Shown here: piece after piece, positions 50,849-61,754 of the stretch | Layout of the letters: the number at the start of each line of letters is the position of its first letter | Numbering within the stretch: position 1 is the first letter of the stretch | Assembly: GCF_004010195.1 (NCBI RefSeq) | Contig: NC_057718.1 | Coordinates: 92,823,404 to 92,887,403 of the forward strand | Direction: 5' to 3' | DNA: 64,000 nt | Source: Chiloscyllium plagiosum | Lineage: Eukaryota | Notes under the pieces: generated by a model | Databases searched by the model: none | What the model was told of the DNA's origin: nothing | Seen by the model: the letters and a program-made list of their open reading frames with translations, nothing else | Program-made: the position numbers and the translations under genes

Positions 50849-50948
50849 AGGCCCCCATTCCTGATGAAAGATTTATGCCTGAAATGTCGACTCTCCTGCT
50901 CCTCGGATGCTGCCTGACCTGCTATGCTTTTCTAGCTCAACATTTTTT
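50849..50948 (+). mobile_element. 100-bp family A PLE terminus (hammerhead plus downstream) inserted into CR1
   Basis: attcCTGATGAaagatttatgcctGAAAtgtcga; 13-bp direct repeat ggccctgataatc at 50836-50848 and 50949-50961. Confidence 0.88.
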
Positions 50949-52299
50949 GGCCCTGATAATCTACATCCCAGCATACTTAAGGAAGTGTCCCTAGAAATAT
51001 TGGATGTATTGGTGGTCAGTTTTCAAGATTCTACCAACTCTGGAGCAGTTCCTTCTGATTGGAAGGTAGCTAATGCAACCCCTCTGCTTAAGAAGTGAGG
51101 CAGAGAAAGACCAGGAATTTTAGACCAGTCAGTCTGAGGTCAATCGTGGGGAAAATGCTAAAGATTATTGTAAAACATTTACTAGCTGAGTAATTGAAAA
51201 GCAGTGGCAGAATCAGACAGGGTCAGCACAGATTTACTTTGGGGAAATCATGCATAACAAATCTACTGGAATTTTTTGAGCATGTAACTAATTGAGTTGA
51301 TGAAGTGGAGCCAGTGGGTGTGGTTTATTTCAACTTTTGGAAGGTTTTTTACAAAGTCCCACTACGACAGTAAAATGTTAATAATAAAATTAAAGTACTT
51401 CGGATGGGGGCTACAGCATTGAGATGGATAGAAAACTGGTTTGTAAACACGAAACATAGGGTAGAAATAAACCTTTTTCCAAAGGATAGGCAGTGACTAG
51501 TTGGGTAGTGCAGGAGTCAGTGCTAGGACCACAGCTAATCACAATATATGTTAATGATTTGGATGAAGGAACTAAAGTGGCAGATGACACAAAGCTTTGT
51601 GGGAGGCTGAACAGTGAGCAGGCTGCAGAGATTCTTCAATGTGATTTGGGCAAGCTGAAAGAATAAGCAAACACATGACAGATGCAGCATAATGTGGATA
51701 AATGTGCAGTTATCCACTTTCGTAGGAAAAACAGGAAGGCAGATTACTATCTAAATGGCTATAAATTGAGACAGTTGAATGTGCAATGAGACTTGGATGT
51801 CCTTATACACCAGTCACTGAAGGTAAGCATGCAGGTACAGCAGGTGATAAAGAAGGCAAATGGTATGTTGGCCTTTATAATGAGAAGATTCGAGTACAGG
51901 AGATGGGATGTCTTGCTTCAGTATCTGTGGATCTCACTATCTCCTCACAATTATTCAAGGCCTTGGTGAGGCCACACCTGGAACACTGTGTGCATTTTTG
52001 GCCTCCTTAACATGGAAAGGATGTTCTTCTGATAGAGAGAGTGCAGCAGAGATTAAACTGACTGACTCCTGGATGGCGTGACTGATGGGTGAGGAGAGGT
52101 TGCAGCTGTTGTGATTGTATTCACTGGAGTTCAGAAAAATGAGTGGTGGGATCTCATATAAACCTATAAAAACTTTAACAAGAGCAGAAAGAGCAGATGC
52201 AGGAAGGACGTTCCTAATGATGGTGGAGTCCAGAATAAGGGGTCACAGCCTAAGGATAAGGGGTACTCGATTTAGGTTTGAGATGAGGAGAGCAGTGAG

Positions 52300-52425
52300 C
52301 CTGTGGAATGGAGATTGAGAGGAAGAGTCCTCCATGGTAATTTTAGCTGGTGTGGAAAGTGAACCCAAGCTGTTGGTATCGCTCTGCCTTGCTAACCAAC
52401 TGCCTAGCCAATTGAGACAAACCAA
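52300..52425 (-). mobile_element. tRNA-derived SINE head (non-HE1)
   Basis: Minus strand ctcaattggctagg...gggttcactttcc resembles A and B boxes. Confidence 0.5.
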
Positions 52426-52439
52426 GCCTCATTTAAAAG

Positions 52440-52980
52440 GGGGAATAAAGGAGGCCTGGGGTCAATTAGAGTCCAAAAAGGAGGCTTACTCATGTCGGCA
52501 AGGGGAATGACTGAGGTATTAATGATACTTTGCATCTGTCTTTACCAAGGAAGAAGGAGTTCCTCAGGTTACTGTGGAAGGAGGAAATAGTTTAAGCATT
52601 TGATGGTTTTAAAATTGCTAAGGGTGAAGTATTGGACAGACTGTCTGTACTTCAATTTGATAAGGTACCAGAACTGGACACAATGCAGGAAAGAAGTGAA
52701 AGTTGAAATTGTGCTCGTACTGGTCATAATTTTCTATTCTTCCATAAACACAGGAGTGGTGCCAGAGGACTGGAGAATTACAAATGAAATTACCTTGTCC
52801 AAAAAAGGGTGTTAAGATAATATTGGTAACTACAGGCCAATCCATTCAAATTTATTGCAGCATAAACTTTTACAGTTGATAATTCAGGGCAGAAATTCAT
52901 GGTCACTTGGGCAAATGCAAGTTGGTTAAGGAAAGCCAGCATGCATTTTAAGGGCAAACTGTAGAGTTTAACAAGGAATG
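52440..52980 (+). mobile_element. CR1 ORF2 fragment
   Basis: YFASVFTKE, TGVVPEDWRITN, GNYRPI, ESQH. Confidence 0.8.
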
Positions 52981-53289
52981 GAGGTGCTTTACTCCATGGT
53001 ATAGTGCATATTGCTCATGGCACTGTAACAGATTTCCTTCCAGTGGGGTCTTCTAGATAGTGAGCCAATACTTACTTTTTTTTGACTAAGTCTGAGTGGT
53101 AGGACGTTCCACCATGATCCCTGATGAGTTTTCTTGCTAATCTTACCAAACTCTCCTCATTGTTATCCTTGCACAAAGGTATCTCTCACTTCATCTTACC
53201 AACTTGCCATTCAACGGATGACCACTGAAACACTGGCATCTCTTAACATCTGTGCCATCTTCAAAAGGCAGCTGTGCACCTTGACAAGT

Positions 53290-53690
53290 ACTGGCATTTA
53301 AAAGCTGCCCCACTCATTGAAGGTCTGGGTCAGAACATGGTGGAGAAGGGGACAATGGCACCATGATTCTCTGATAGGGGACCTGGATGGCTTGGTGGAT
53401 GGAGTGTTGCAAAGGAGAGGAGTGCTCTTCCTGGAGGACAGTCAGGTCCAAGGTCGCCACCCTGGTCAGTGAGGTTTCCTGGGTAGGGAGGAATGACCAG
53501 CAATCCAGAAAGAAAGCCAATGACATTCTCCGCTCTGCCAGGTGAAGTGCCACACCCTTCTCTCAGCCACCTCATACTCTGCTACTTCATTCACCTCCCA
53601 CAAATGCTCAAGCTCTGCTACTCTCATTATTACATGCAACACCTTCCATTACTCACTCTCATCCCTCCCTGGAGCACTTTCAGCAGGTAG
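53290..53690 (+). mobile_element. Degraded PIF/Harbinger-like element with Myb/SANT-like remnant
   Basis: FSDRDLDGLVDGVLQRRGVLF...RNDQQSRKKANDILRSAR followed by AG/GT. Confidence 0.6.
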
Positions 53691-53691
53691 T

Positions 53692-53778
53692 TGCCTGATG
53701 AAGGAGCAGCGCTCCGAAAGCTAGTGCTTCCAAATAAACCTGTTGGACTATAATCTGGTGTTGTGTGCTTTTTAACTT
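53692..53778 (+). mobile_element. Family B PLE terminus (single arm) with intact hammerhead core at 53695-53726
   Basis: CTGATGA-a-ggagc-agc-gctcc-GAAA-gct-a-gtg...tttttaactt. Confidence 0.85.
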
Positions 53779-54379
53779 CATTATCTTTGAAATGCTTAGA
53801 GACATCTGAAGGTTGTGAAAGACATTGTAGCAATTCCAATCTTTCTTTTCTATTCTGAAAAGAAAATGTTCTTCTGCTCCATCTAGGCCAGGGTTGGCCA
53901 GGATTTTCTGTTTGCTGACCGCATTGATGTCCATTGTAGCCTTAGGGCCACATGTACATCTTAAATCCACAGTCCTGCTAATTTACATACTTCTAAGTTA
54001 GCGCTGACAGATCTTTGAGCAGAATTAATCACTAATGAGGCAATAGTCATGAAGCCCCTGGGTCCTTCATGTACAAACAGGAAAAACTGGCAAACAAGAA
54101 ATCTAAACAAAACCGAACTGAGTTTGCTAGACTTCAGTTACTGGATTGACAAGACAGAGCTGCATGTGAGCCTTGAGCTCTCGGTTGACGTTTCTGCTTA
54201 AACAGTATTTTTTCTGTTTCAGTAGCATTTTTCAGAAGGTTTGTAAGCTACATCCAGAATACAAGTAACATTTTCGATCAGTCCCATGGGAAACCCCAGC
54301 AAATTGGTCAAAAGACTGCAGAAAATGTTTACGTCCATTAAATGCTACACACTTGTGAAGAATTAGGTACGAAAAAGGT

Positions 54380-54578
54380 GTGCGGGTGAGGTGGATTGGC
54401 CATGCCAAATTACCCAGAGTGCCCGGGGATATGCAAGCTAAGTGGGTTAGCCACGGGAAACGCAGGGTTACAGGGGTAGGGTAGAGGTGTGGGTCTGAGT
54501 GGTAGGCTCTTTGGAGGGTTGGTGCATTCTTGATGGGCAAAATGGCCTGCTTCCCAACTATAGGGGACTCCATTCTAT
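54380..54578 (+). mobile_element. HE1-related SINE 3' half
   Basis: ggtggattggccatgccaaatt...aatggcctgcttcc. Confidence 0.8.
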
Positions 54579-54825
54579 GAAATGTGCATTTGGGACATTG
54601 TGTTAGGAATGGTAGCCCATTACCAGATCCACACAGGTTTGGAAATCTGGTTTTGATTGAGCTTTGGTTAGATGAGAAGAGGGATGTGTCGACATGAACA
54701 TCATGGTCATCCGGCATCTCGGAGATGAAGCTGACCGCACTGGATTGCCGTAATGTCAGCAACATTCCTCAGCTGAATCCCAAGAGGGGAGTGAAGTTTA
54801 TGCCTGTGATCATTTGAAATCAAAT

Positions 54826-55060
54826 CCCCACAGTGTGGAAACAGGCCTTCAAGAAGTATCCCACCCAAACCCATTACCCCTGGCTAATGCACCCAAACTA
54901 CATATCCCTGAACACTATGGGGCAAATTAGCATGGGCAATTCACCTAACCTGCACATCTTTAGACTGTGGGAGGAAACCCACACAGACAGTTGCCCAAGG
55001 CTAGAAGTGAACCTGGGTCCCTGGTGCTGTGAGGCAGCAGTGCTAACCACTGAGCCACCA
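54826..55060 (-). mobile_element. HE1-type SINE with deletions
   Basis: cagtgtggaaacaggcc...gtgctaaccactgagccacc. Confidence 0.85.
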
Positions 55061-55339
55061 CATGAACATTTACAAAATGGGTGCGGAAGGAGATCAATTG
55101 GCCCTTTGTGATTGCTTCGTCATTCAGCAGGATTATGGCTGATCTTCTACCTCAACATCTGCACTATCTTCGGACCTTTAGTTTCTCCAAATACCAGAAA
55201 TCGCTGACTTGAATCTCAATGACCCAGCATCTGGCATAGAGAATTTCTAATATTCACTGCTCCAATATCTCCCGACACTCATCTAAAAATACTAAATGAT
55301 GAAGGGGGCAAAAGGTGAATAATAAATATATAATGACGG

Positions 55340-56320
55340 GGCTAAAGATGGAGGAGGAAACAAACCATCACCATCAAACCAAGTATCACACAAGGAAAAG
55401 TGCTCGGGAAACCTATGGAGCACAAGACCATTGGTTCCCCGGACGTGATGAGTTGCATCCTAGGGTTTCAAAGGAAGTAGCTAGGAAGGAGATAATGGAT
55501 GAACTGGGAGTAATCTTTGAGGAATCCTTATATTCTACAACAGTCCCAGAGGATTGGAAGAGCATCAATACAATGCCCTTATTGATAAAGGGAAAGACGT
55601 AAAAAACTGGTAACTGTAGACCAATTAGCTTAATGTTGTCCTTGGGAAAATGTTAGAGTTCAAAATAAAGGCTGTCATAGCAGAGTGCTTAGACTGCATA
55701 ACATAATCAAGTAGGGTCATCATGGCTTTTTTTTCATTCACGGGATTCATGTGTAGGGGAAATCATGCCTGACAAATGTATTAGAATTAGTTATGGAGAT
55801 AACAAGCAGGCAAGAAAAAGGGTTTCAATGTAATATACTGGAGTTCCAAAGGGTGTTCAGGTAGGAACCATACACAAGGCTACTTAATAAGGTAAGTGCC
55901 CATGGTGTTGGGGGTAGTATATTAGTATAGATTGAGGATTGGTTAACTAATTGGAGACAGAGAGTTGGGATAATGGGGGCATTTTCAGAATGGCAACCTG
56001 TAACCAGTAGAGTACCAGTGTTGGGGTCACAGTTATTTACAGTATATCTTATGACTTAGATGATGGAAATGAATATACTGTCACCAGATTTGTGGATGAC
56101 GCACAAACTTGAAAGCAAGTGGTGCAGATAACACAAGGATTCTAAAGATAGACAGATACAAACTTAGCAGATGGAATATGATGTGAAAAACATGTGAGGC
56201 TTTCCATTTTGGCAGGAAGGGGCAGAATATTATTGAAATGGGAAAATTCTGCAGAAAGCTGTAGTGAGAGCGGGATTTAGGGCCCTTTGTACATGAATCA
56301 CAAAAAGCTAGTATTCACAG
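55340..56320 (+). mobile_element. Degraded CR1 ORF2 fragment
   Basis: PGRDELHPRVSKEVA, TVPEDWK, GKSCLTN, FVDD. Confidence 0.8.
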
Positions 56321-56444
56321 AGAGGACAAAGCAGCTTGCTTGACTAGCACCACACCCACATTCACTACCCCCATCACTGAAACGCAGTAGCAGCAGTGGG
56401 TTCCACCTATATGGCACACAGCAGAAATTTACTTCCCTCCACAG

Positions 56445-57750
56445 CATAACTTTCACATTATCTATTTCTGACACTTCCTTTCCTTTATCCATCTGTCTCC
56501 ATTTCAGGGAATAAACTGTCCACTGCCACCCACTACAAAGCCAAGGACTCCCATAGCTATCTTCACTACAGTTCGTCACACCCCACATCCTGCAAGAATT
56601 CCAGCCCATTCTCCTAGTTCCTTCGCCTACGTTGCATCTGTTCAGTTGATACCAAACTACCAAAACAATGTTGCTGATATGGCTCACTTCTTCCATGACT
56701 ATGGTTTCCCACCCACTGTTGTTGACAGGGCCCTCAACCACATCCGACCTATCACTCAGGCTTCCGCCCTTGCCCCTTCCCATCACTCACAACAGTGTGA
56801 TCAGGTTTCCCTTGTCCTCACTTTCCATCCCACCAATCTCTGCATTCAGCAGATCATTCTCCGCTTTTTCAAACAACTCCAGTAGAATGCCACCACCAAA
56901 CACATCCTCCCCTCACTGCCCTGGTCTGCATTTTGCAGGGATCATTCTCTCTGGGACACTCTCATTCCACAACCACCAACACCAACCACTTTTCCATTGG
57001 CACCTCCTCATGTAACTGTAGAAGGCACAACACCTGCCCCTTCTCCTCCTCCCTGCTCACCATCCAAGGGCCGACACAGTCTTTCCAGGTGAAGCAGCAT
57101 TTCACCTGTACATCCTCCAATCCTGTGTATTGTATTCGCTGCACCTAATCTGGCCTACTCTCCACTGGAGAAACCAGACGCAGACTGGGTGACCGCTTTG
57201 TGGAATACCTTCAGTTTGTACGCAAGCATGACCCCAACCTTCCCATAGCCAGTCATTTTAGTACAGTGTCCTGCTCACCTGCCTATACGTCTGTCCTTAG
57301 GATGCTGCAGTGTTCCAGTGAATCACAACGCAAACTGGAGGAACAACATCTCATCTTCAGACTAGGTACTTCACAGCCTTCTGGACTTGAGTTCAACATC
57401 TTCAAATTGTGAACCGTTTCTTCCCTTTCTTTTAGTTTGTTATCATGTCCTCTCTCCCCTCCCCTCACCCCACTACCTGTCCTTTCAAGTCTGGCAGGAG
57501 ACAGACCATTGTTCTGGCATTCACCCATTCCGATTACTTAACCTGAACTATTAACATCTTTTCACCACCAGCACCCTATACCCATTACCCCCACCACCCA
57601 CCATCCACCACCCAAAAAATAGCATAAATGCTGTCCTTGCCGCACTTCACTTCAGATTTGATGAAGAGTCATCTACACTCGAAACATTAGCTTACTCTCT
57701 CTCCATGGTTGCTTCTGACCTGCTGTGATCTCCAGCATTTTTTGTTTCCA
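56445..57750 (+). mobile_element. Penelope-like retroelement (Neptune-like), 5'-truncated
   Basis: MAHFFHDYGFPPTVVDRAL, VSLVLTFHP, CNCRRHNTCPF, HFTCTSSNPVYCIRCT, RKLEEQHLIFRLGTSQPSGL; decayed hammerhead at 57658-57688 (ttgatga-a-gagtc-atcta-cactc-GAAAcatt). Confidence 0.92.
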
Positions 57751-57764
57751 TCAAAGATCAAAAT

Positions 57765-58385
57765 TTGGTATGCTTGTCTTTATTGGTCAGCGCATTGAGT
57801 ATAGGAGTTGGGAGGTCATGTTGTGGCTGTACAGGACATTGGTTAGGCTACTTTTGGAATACTGCATGCAATTCTGGCTTCTCTGCTATCGAAAGATGTT
57901 GTGAAACTTGAAAGGGTTCAGAAAAGATTTACAAGGATGTTGCCAGGGTTGGAGGATTTGAGCTATTGGAAAGGCTGAAAAGGCTGGGGCTGTTTTCTTT
58001 GGAGCTTTGGAGGCTGAGGAGTGACCTTATGGAGGTTTATAAAATCATGAGGGGCATGGATAGGTTAAATAGACAATATCTTTTCCCTGATGTGGGGGTA
58101 TCTAAAACTAGAGAGCTTAGACTTAAGGTGAGAAGGGAAAGATTCAAAAGGGGCAACTTTTTCACGCAGAGGGTGGTGCGTGCATGAAATGAACTGCCAG
58201 AGGAAATGGTGGAGGCTGGTACAATTGCAAATTTTAAAGGCATAGTTAGATGCGTGAATAGGAAGGGTTTAGAGGGAGTGAGGGCCAAATGCCAGCAAAT
58301 GGGACTAGGTTAATTTAGAACATTTGGTTGACATGAACAAGTTGGGCTGAAGGGTCTGTTTCTGTACTGTACAGCTCTATTGCTC
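57765..58385 (+). mobile_element. CR1 LINE 3' fragment
   Basis: Closely similar to 6330-6970; ERLKRLGLFSLE..LRSDLMEVYKIM. Confidence 0.93.
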
Positions 58386-58586
58386 TTTATTTCATTTTTG
58401 CGGTAATTGCACTCACAACAAAATAGTACACCAAAAATCACAGCTGAAACTTTAGCCACTAATGCACTAGCAACAAACATACAAAACTGCCAATCAGAAA
58501 ACAAATGTCAATAATTTATCAATGGACAGTTGGCAAGGAACAATTAAACCATTCAAAATACTTCTTCAAAATTCCTTCAATTGCCA

Positions 58587-58803
58587 ATCATGATTGGGAG
58601 ATGCCGGTGTTGGACTGGGGTGTACAAAGTTAAAAATCACACAACACCAGGTTATAGTCCAACAGGTTTAATTGGAAGCACACTAGCTTTCGGAGCGATG
58701 CTCCTTCATCAGGTGATCACCTGTTGAAGGAGCGTCGCTCCGAAAGCTAGTGTGCTTCCAATTAAACCTGTTGGACTATAACCTGGTGTTGTGTGATTTT
58801 TAA
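58587..58803. mobile_element. Young fold-back PLE-terminus insertion (family B) with back-to-back hammerheads
   Basis: 90-bp arms 58627-58716 and 58717-58806 with 2 mismatches; 12-bp direct repeat cttcaattgcca at 58575-58586 and 58804-58815. Confidence 0.93.
58681..58715 (-). ncRNA. Minimal type I hammerhead ribozyme motif, intact (family B)
   Basis: CAC-CUGAUGA-A-GGAGC-AUC-GCUCC-GAAA-GCU-A-GUG. Confidence 0.85.
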
Positions 58804-59127
58804 CTTCAATTGCCAGGACATGGTTTTAAAAATAGGAATAACATTATAAATGCCATTTTAAAATATGCCCTTTAAACTTATCTAAGGTTTCCTGTAAATC
58901 CATCTGATAAATTTGGCAATGAATTCTACCTCTTCTCATGAGCCAGGTGCTAGTGTTATTTATTTCCAACATGTTTGTATGAACTTTGCCTTTTCTCTCC
59001 ATCATTGGAGTGGCAAGTATAATTTTGCTATTGTTGGCATCAAAACAGTTGAAATCTTGATTTGAAGAGTGAAAAATGCAGGAATGAGTACATCTTTATT
59101 CAAGTTTGAGAGACAATCCTGAAAAGA

Positions 59128-60160
59128 AGTCATCGAGTCCTACAGCATTGAGAAAGGCCCTTTAGCCCAAACTGGTCCATGCCAACCAAAATGTCCATCT
59201 ACGCTAACCCCATTTCCCTGCGTTTGGCCCATAGCCTTCTAATCCATTCCTATCCATGTATTTGTCCAAATGCCTTTTAAATGCTGTTAATGTACCCATC
59301 TCAACCCACTTCCACTGGCAGCTCATTCCATGTGCATACCACCCTCTGTATAAAAATGTTGCGCCTCAGGTTCCCTTTTATTCTTTCCCCTCTAACCTTA
59401 AACTGATGCCCTCTAGTGCATAATTCCCCAACCCTGGAAAAGGATTGAGTGCATTCACCTTATCCATGCCTGTCATGATCTTTTTTGCTTCGATGAGATC
59501 TGCCCTCAGTCTCCTACCCTCTAAAGAAAAAGGTCCTATCTTGTCTAAACTCTTCCTATAATTCAGATCCTTGAGTCATGACATATCCTTGTAAATTTCT
59601 TTTATACTCTTTCCAGTTTAATAACATTCTTCCTATAGCAAGGTGACCAAAACTGAACACAATGCAGCAAATGCAGCCTCATCAACGTCCTATACAACTG
59701 CAACATAACTTGCTAACTTCTGTACTCAATGCCCTGACTGATGAAGGCCAGTGTGCCAAAAGCTTTCTTCACTGCCCTGTCTACCTGTGACTCCACTTTC
59801 AGAGAACCATGCACCCAAACTCCAAGGTCTCTCTGTTCCACTACAGTCCTTAAGGCCCTACCATTTACCATGGAACACCTACCTTGATTTGATTTTCCAA
59901 AATGCAGGACCTTACACTTGTCTATATTAAACTTCATATGCTATTTCTCGGCCCACTTCCCCAATCGATCTAGGTCCTGTTGCATTTTCTGACTACCTTC
60001 TTCACTGTCCATATTAAAGCCTATTTCAGTGTCATCTGCAAACTTGCTAAATATACCTTGTACATTCTCATCCAAATCATTGATACAGATAACAAACAGC
60101 AATGGGCCTAGCACTGACCCCTGAGACACTCTACTTGTCACAGGCCTCTAGTCTGACAAT
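59128..60160 (-). mobile_element. CR1 LINE 3' fragment
   Basis: VSQGSVLGPLLFVICINDLD...SKFADDT; MKFNIDKCKVLHFG. Confidence 0.93.
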
Positions 60161-60254
60161 TCCTGATTTTAAAAAAATCTTAAACCTTTGAGTTCCACTA
60201 AAAGCATTGCAAGAAATATGTCCAGAAAGGAAAGATGAAAAGTACAACGTAAAA

Positions 60255-60760
60255 CATATAAGCATAGAAAATGGGAGCTGGAGTAGGCTATTTGGCCTTT
60301 GAGCCAGCTCCACCATTCATTCTGATCATGGCTGATCATCCAAATCAATAGCCTGTTCTTGCTTCCCCCCCCATCCTTAGATCCCTTTAGCCCCAAGTGA
60401 TATATCCAACTTCTTCCTGAAATCATACAATGTTCTGGCCTTGACTGCTATCTGAGGTAGCGCATTTCAGAGGCTCAGCACTGAAGACATTTTTCCTCAT
60501 CTCAGTCCTAAATGATTTACCCTGTATCCTTCAACTGTGACCCCCTGGTTTTGGCTCCCTGCCCCATCCCCATCATTGGGAATATCCTTCTCACATTTAC
60601 CCTGTCTAGTTTTGTTCGAATTTTATAGTTCGCTGAACTCCAGTGAATATAATTCTAAATGATTCCTGCTCTCCTGATATGTCAGTCCTGCCATCACAGG
60701 AATCAGTCTGGTGAACATCTGCTGCACTCCCTCTATACCAAGAACATTTTCCTTGGACAA
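60255..60760 (-). mobile_element. CR1 LINE 3' fragment (different subfamily)
   Basis: catataagcatagaaaatgggagctggagtaggc...gatcatggctgatc 3' UTR. Confidence 0.8.
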
Positions 60761-60821
60761 ACAGGCAAATTAACCTCTTTGTGTTTTGATCTTTGTTAAC
60801 TCTTTACTATATAATCTCAGT

Positions 60822-61145
60822 GTTTAGAGAGCCAGGGACCTGGATTCGATTCCAGCCTCGGGTGACTGTCAGTGTGGAGTTTGTATGTTCTCCCTGTGTC
60901 TGCGTGGGTTTCCTCCGGGTGCTCTGGTCTTCACCCACATAAGTTAACATATGTAAGTGAGGGTGGACTGGCAATGCTAAGTTACCCATAATGTCCAGGG
61001 CTGTGCAGGCTGGGTTGGTTAGCCATGGGAGATGCTCGGTTACAGGGATAGAGTAGAATGGGAGTGGGATACTCTTCAGAGGGGCAGTGTGGACTCGATG
61101 GGCCAAATGGCCGGCTTCCACGCTGTAGGGACTCTATTATTCTAT
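60822..61145 (+). mobile_element. HE1-type SINE lacking the A box
   Basis: ccagggacctggattcgattcc, conserved core, gtagggactctattattctatg tail. Confidence 0.88.
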
Positions 61146-61539
61146 GAAATAAGCTGGTTTGGCACTCCAGGTAAGGAGCTATTCTCCAACAGTAACATTG
61201 AAAGGTTGTAAAACGCACATCATTTTTCTTCACTGTGAAAGAAACTAGAAAACAAGTTGCTGACATTTAAAAACACATATCCTTTCAGGTTAACTGCTGT
61301 ATTGTACTCTGAACTAAAGAATGAAATTTTGTCGTGCCTACTTGGAATATCCCCAAATGTTTTACAATCAATGAAGTTTAGCCACAGCTCTCAGACAAAC
61401 CCTCTCCTACTCATCAGTTAAACTATGGTGTCACATTTCTAAGTTTTGATGGGAAGATTTCTTCTCTTAGTAGAAGTTAAACCAATTGAAGATTAATCTA
61501 GTTTTGGCCAAAGCTGTAAAATGGGTAACGAAATAAGGA

Positions 61540-61740
61540 ATGAATGACTGAATGAATTAATCAGCTTTATTATCACATGTAAATGAGTACAGTGAAAAGT
61601 TTATATGTCGCCACTTACAATGCCAGCTTAGGTACAAAGGTACCTAGGCACAGCTTTTTCAGTTACAATATCTTAGCAAATAGAGAAATAAAAATTCCAG
61701 CATTGCAGAAAGAAAAGTTCAGAACAATGGTTAACCAATC
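61540..61740 (-). mobile_element. 3' end of an unclassified LINE-like repeat
   Basis: (gaat)n tail, then ctttattatcacatgt...tacagtgaaaagttt. Confidence 0.4.
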
Positions 61741-61754
61741 CAGACCACATTGGT

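Larger units (their letters stand above)
48940..52300 (+). mobile_element. Long degraded CR1 LINE mosaic (endonuclease to 3' end)
   Basis: DIVATAETW endonuclease motif, [56 protein letters not shown]. Confidence 0.85.

Noticed and set aside
58627-58806. Interpretation as a DNA-transposon MITE or a microRNA precursor
   Set aside because: Variable 12-15 bp TSDs, a one-sided tail, hammerhead cores and the same architecture in PLE-linked families favour a PLE origin. Nothing in the sequence alone supports a miRNA.
59738-59765. CTGATGAaggccagtgtgccaaaagctt, hammerhead-like
   Set aside because: It is the antisense of CR1 ORF2 coding sequence (KAFGTLAFISQG) and lacks G12; treated as coincidence.
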